Shown in pieces: positions 14,995 to 16,761 of a stretch of 16,761 nt of DNA; the stretch's first letter is position 1; each line of letters begins with the position of its first letter. Below the pieces are notes generated by a model. That model ran no database searches, was not told the origin of the DNA, and worked only from the letters and a program-made list of their open reading frames with translations. The stretch is from a virus: IMG/VR virus record IMGVR_UViG_3300029881_000057; one strand, written 5' to 3'. The translations under genes were made by a program, and so were the position numbers.

Positions 14995-15090
14995 TGGACG
15001 GTATAGGATTTGAACCTATAATCTAGTGCTGACCAGACAAATGTTATAACACATTGTCACTAGGCAACTTGCCAATTGTTGCACCGTCCA
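14995..15090 (-). ncRNA. tRNA-like element A (near full-length, non-canonical anticodon arm)
   Basis: On the minus strand: acceptor TGGACGG (15090-15084) pairs with CCGTCCA (15001-14995). U8-G9 follow. The D-arm is CAAC-AATTGGCAA-GTTG. The T-arm is TATAGG-TTCAAAT-CCTATA and abuts the acceptor 3' strand. The central arm is an over-long interrupted helix (CTAGTG/CACTAG plus GACAATGT/ACATTTGTC) capped by a 7-nt loop GUUAUAA. No CCA is encoded. Total length is 96 nt. Confidence 0.6.
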
Positions 15091-15165
15091 GAGGGGTGAG
15101 GGTGTACTGTTAAATGAGTACACCACTCTGGCAACGTAACTGTTATTTATCTTTGGTACTATTTT

Positions 15166-15194
15166 ATTGTAGCATATTGTACTCGAAAAGTCAA
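15166..15194 (-). promoter_or_regulatory. Internal sigma-A-type promoter upstream of tRNA-like element A and p6-like copy 2
   Basis: The minus strand reads TTGACT (15194-15189), a 17-nt spacer, then TGCTACAAT (TACAAT at 15171-15166). The predicted start near 15158 gives a leader of roughly 220 nt. Confidence 0.7.
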
Positions 15195-15207
15195 CACTTT
15201 CTTTAAA

Positions 15208-15456
15208 TTATTTTGAGTAAAAATGTTCAGATAAAATATATTTCTTGTACTGTTTAACAATAACGTCTGCTACAATTCTACTTGATAAACCTGTTGACAG
15301 TTGTACAGCTAAATTGTTAATGGTGTAATGCCAAATCCAACAACCTACTGGTTGAATATCAACAATTAGTGTGTCATCAACCGCGTGCACAGATAAATCT
15401 CCTTTTATACGTCGTTTTAACTGTTTTTTGAGTGCATTTGTGAAAAATCTTTCCAT
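15208..15456 (-). CDS. Hypothetical early protein (82 aa)
   Basis: Strong RBS (GAAAAGGAGAA) 7 nt upstream of the ATG. It lies co-directionally in the early operon. The basic N-terminus (KKQLKRRIK) carries no recognisable motif. Confidence 0.6.
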   Translation of the reverse strand: MERFFTNALKKQLKRRIKGDLSVHAVDDTLIVDIQPVGCWIWHYTINNLAVQLSTGLSSRIVADVIVKQYKKYILSEHFYSK

Positions 15457-15504
15457 GATAACATTCTCCTTTTCTGTTCTATTTATTTTGTTGTCAAGGT
15501 TCTC

Positions 15505-15567
15505 GTGTACATTTGTACACTAAAGGGTGTATAGTGTCGAAACTATAATCGTGCCTGTCACGCACCC
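15505..15567 (-). ncRNA. Structured leader element C (degenerate tRNA-like three-way structure plus stem-loop)
   Basis: On the minus strand, GGGTG (15567-63) pairs with CACCC (15529-25) and encloses two hairpins: CGTG-ACAGG-CACG and TATAGT-TTCGAC-ACTATA, the second abutting the 3' strand. Four nt downstream lies hairpin GTGTACA-AA-TGTACAC (15520-15505). The RBS and the ATG at 15456 follow. Confidence 0.45.
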
Positions 15568-15633
15568 TAGTTTTGGTACTTTCGTGAAATTTTTAACAAT
15601 GATTTAATTTTTAGATTTCATTTTAGCTTCTTT

Positions 15634-15783
15634 CTATTTCTCCTTTTGTAAGCGTTTATAGACAATGTGCCACGCTTTACCTAGTTCATCATCTGAACCT
15701 AGTTGTTCGATAAGGTTGAATAATTTTGTCTCTACTTCTTGTAAATCATCAACAAGTATTTCTTGCTCATTTATTGATAGCAT
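15634..15783 (-). CDS. Small acidic hypothetical protein (49 aa), absent from the supplied ORF track
   Basis: Hand translation gives MLSINEQEILVDDLQEVETKLFNLIEQLGSDDELGKAWHIVYKRLQKEK. RBS AAAGGAGTG lies 5 nt upstream of the ATG at 15783. The protein is predicted helical and D/E-rich. Confidence 0.5.
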   Translation of the reverse strand: MLSINEQEILVDDLQEVETKLFNLIEQLGSDDELGKAWHIVYKRLQKEK

Positions 15784-15819
15784 ATTATCACTCCTTTAGT
15801 GAGGTACTAGGATTACCCC

Positions 15820-16110
15820 CTAGTCCTCAACTTTATTTACTGTACGTGGCGGTAATACTTTTGCAAGTCTGATAAAATCTTCCTCATCCATACCAAGTAA
15901 TACCTCTTTACAAGTCTGTTCTTCAATGTGTACAAGTTTAAGCGTGTCAGTCTGGAAAAGATTCTGAAGCTTTTTGAGTAAATCTTCATCACTGTATTTT
16001 CCGCCAATGTCATAAGTGCGTACTTGCACCTCTGCTGTTGTGACGTCAAGCGTCATAACCTGTGCTGTTGTCTGTTCTACTGTTCTCGTTACCATTCTCT
16101 TTCTTGCCAT
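15820..16110 (-). CDS. p6-like double-stranded DNA-binding (histone-like) protein, copy 1
   Basis: 96 aa and a clear paralogue of 14627..14935. Compare MARKRMVTRTVEQTTAQVMTLDV / MARVPMVTRTIVATKANVMCLDV, TLKLVHIEEQ...LLGMDEEDFIRLAKVLPPR / TLKAVHIVDK...LYGMTEQDFIQYAKVLPPR. RBS AAAAGGAGAA. Confidence 0.55.
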   Translation of the reverse strand: MARKRMVTRTVEQTTAQVMTLDVTTAEVQVRTYDIGGKYSDEDLLKKLQNLFQTDTLKLVHIEEQTCKEVLLGMDEEDFIRLAKVLPPRTVNKVED

Positions 16111-16144
16111 AATTTTTGTTCTCCTTTTCTGTTTGATTATATCT

Positions 16145-16160
16145 CACACCTTATGGTGTG
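16145..16160 (-). other. Leader stem-loop B (CACACC-AUAA-GGUGUG)
   Basis: A 6-bp stem with the same AUAA tetraloop as stem-loop A. It lies 3 nt downstream of tRNA-like element B and 35 nt upstream of the copy-1 p6-like start codon. Confidence 0.6.
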
Positions 16161-16163
16161 GAA

Positions 16164-16208
16164 TGGTAGGATAGGGTTTGAACCTATCCACGCACCGACT
16201 GCCTACCA
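16164..16208 (-). ncRNA. tRNA-like element B (acceptor/T-arm top-half minihelix)
   Basis: On the minus strand: TGGTAGG (16208-02), a 14-nt linker CAGTCGGTGCGTGG, the T-arm ATAGG-TTCAAAC-CCTAT, then CCTACCA (16170-64). This gives a 7-bp acceptor stem and a 5-bp T-stem with a 7-nt loop in exact tRNA geometry, with no D or anticodon arms. The T-arm matches element A at 17 of 18 nt. The 5' strand overlaps the TGG-TAG end of the upstream CDS. Confidence 0.6.
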
Positions 16209-16496
16209 ATATTTTGCGTGTTTACGCTCTGCGCATATTCCAGTTCCGTCCTCTGCGCATTTTTTCATATCATAGTACGAGACATCACCAAAATATTCCT
16301 TCAAAAACCACCCTATCTGCTTTCTTGTGGTTTGACTGTATGTTCCTGTACAAAATAGTACATATTGCCCACTAGAGTGTGGCACGGCTTGAATTACTAA
16401 AGTTGTGTAGCTTATGAAGTTTATTGTGCCATTATCTTCTATTGATACACGGCACTGTGCACTTTTATGATTTGTAAGCTTTCTTGTTTCTAACAT
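16203..16496 (-). CDS. Hypothetical early protein (97 aa), first gene of the early operon
   Basis: I moved the start to the ATG at 16496 (MLETRKL...), which has GAGAGG 7 nt upstream. The track start at 16538 lies inside the proximal promoter, upstream of its predicted transcription start. I cannot place this protein in a family. Confidence 0.6.
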   Translation of the reverse strand: MLETRKLTNHKSAQCRVSIEDNGTINFISYTTLVIQAVPHSSGQYVLFCTGTYSQTTRKQIGWFLKEYFGDVSYYDMKKCAEDGTGICAERKHAKYW

Positions 16497-16503
16497 TTTA
16501 CTA

Positions 16504-16538
16504 CCTCTCTTTCTTTGTTTCTGATATAAGTATATCAT
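16504..16538. repeat. 35-bp direct repeat, copy 1 (promoter -10 plus leader)
   Basis: CCTCTCTTTCTTTGTTTCTGATATAAGTATATCAT is identical to 16602-16636. The repeat period is 98 bp. Confidence 0.95.
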
Positions 16539-16557
16539 GTTTGTTGTACCTTGTCAA
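16529..16557 (-). promoter_or_regulatory. Early promoter, proximal
   Basis: The minus strand reads TTGACA (16557-52), a 17-nt spacer, then TGATATACT (TATACT at 16534-29). Confidence 0.75.
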
Positions 16558-16601
16558 GTGTTTTCTTGTAATTCTTTTAAGTTTTTTCTTTTGTTCTCTT
16601 T

Positions 16602-16636
16602 CCTCTCTTTCTTTGTTTCTGATATAAGTATATCAT
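16602..16636. repeat. 35-bp direct repeat, copy 2
   Basis: Identical to 16504-16538. Confidence 0.95.
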
Positions 16637-16655
16637 TTGTACCGCAATTTGTCAA
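16627..16655 (-). promoter_or_regulatory. Early promoter, distal
   Basis: The minus strand reads TTGACA (16655-50), a 17-nt spacer, then TGATATACT (16632-27). The -10 and downstream leader are the duplicated 35-mer. Confidence 0.75.
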
Positions 16656-16675
16656 CAGATATGCACCTAAAATAT

Positions 16676-16705
16676 TGCACAAATTTGAACTAACTTTTTT
16701 GTGCA
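16676..16705. other. 8-bp hairpin between the right ITR and the early promoters
   Basis: TGCACAAA (16676-83) pairs with TTTGTGCA (16698-705) around a 14-nt loop. On the minus strand it is followed by AUAUUUUAGG. Confidence 0.35.
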
Positions 16706-16740
16706 GGTTGTACAAGGGGTTTGGGGAACTGGTGTACCCC

Positions 16741-16761
16741 GTTTGAAGTTAAAGGGGCAAA
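16741..16761. repeat. Right inverted terminal repeat (21 bp)
   Basis: GTTTGAAGTTAAAGGGGCAAA is the exact reverse complement of nt 1-21. Confidence 0.95.

Noticed and set aside
14995-15090. Calling element A a bona fide tRNA gene (anticodon UAU, Ile-like)
   Set aside because: The central arm is far too long and interrupted. The T-stem has 6 bp (or the acceptor stem has 8). Position 32 is G. The total length is 96 nt without a class-II variable arm that folds. It is reported as tRNA-like, not as a tRNA.
15535-15541. Perfect Spo0A box (TGTCGAA) in the loop region of element C, suggesting sporulation-linked repression as in phi29
   Set aside because: This is a single 7-mer. One more copy lies on the opposite strand inside the tail knob gene near 4584. 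That is expected by chance at this genome size, and the host is unknown. I did not elevate it to a finding.
15576-15590. A parS / Spo0J-like half-site (TTCGTGAAAT)
   Set aside because: Only about half of the 16-bp palindromic consensus is present, with no second arm.
16504-16636. The direct repeats as a CRISPR array or a mobile-element terminus
   Set aside because: There are only two copies. The repeat content is a promoter -10 plus leader. There are no spacer-like units, no cas genes and no transposase.
10288-16746. Track ORFs embedded in or antisense to the ATPase and early genes: 10288..10509+, 11280..11645+, 11663..11962+, 11767..12003-, 12786..13040+, 13041..13238+, 13283..13507+, 13485..13670+, 13748..14017+, 14274..14579+, 14589..14972+, 14624..14977+, 15837..16049-, 16024..16275+, 16178..16375+, 16537..16746+
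   Set aside because: The reasons are the same as for the late-gene set. In addition, several run across promoters, tRNA-like elements or the terminal non-coding region, and none has a plausible RBS.
1-16761. Lysogeny, defence or anti-defence cassettes (integrase, repressor, toxin-antitoxin, methyltransferase)
   Set aside because: No ORF shows the corresponding motifs. All coding space is accounted for by replication, morphogenesis and lysis genes plus five small unknowns. Any anti-defence role for the 97-aa, 82-aa and 49-aa early proteins is untestable from sequence alone.

Overview
The window appears to be a complete linear genome (16,761 bp) of a small phi29-like podophage that replicates by protein priming. 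The first 21 nt are the exact reverse complement of the last 21 nt, giving inverted terminal repeats that begin 5'-TTT. The sequence is visibly AT-rich and uses strong AAAGGAG-type ribosome-binding sites, which suggests a low-GC Gram-positive host.

Gene layout, read on the minus strand from the right end:
- Two tandem consensus promoters drive an early operon. It encodes a 97-aa unknown protein, p6-like protein copy 1, a 49-aa acidic ORF, an 82-aa unknown protein, an internal promoter, p6-like copy 2, a p5-like SSB, an attenuator hairpin, the terminal protein, a family-B DNA polymerase and a dUTPase. The operon ends at a bidirectional terminator.
- The gp16-like packaging ATPase is the only plus-strand gene. 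It runs from an overlapping divergent promoter pair to that same terminator and carries a roughly 200-nt structured 3' region.
- The late operon then runs on the minus strand to the left end: holin, endolysin, tail lysin, a 49-aa ORF, scaffold, major capsid, tail knob, upper collar, lower collar, and a 680-aa distal protein with an M14 peptidase-like domain.

No integrase, repressor, CRISPR array, rRNA or canonical tRNA is visible.

The most unusual content is non-coding:
- A recurring early-operon module consists of a tRNA-like acceptor/T-arm structure, then a tight hairpin, then an RBS and a gene. There are three copies. One is nearly full-length tRNA-like and one is a bare tRNA top-half minihelix.
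- A structured RNA candidate lies between the ATPase stop and the terminator. It is a possible counterpart of the phi29 prohead RNA.
- A cluster of three DnaA-box-like 9-mers sits directly after the ATPase stop codon.

All homology statements rest on motif recognition and remembered phi29 sequences. No database searches were run.
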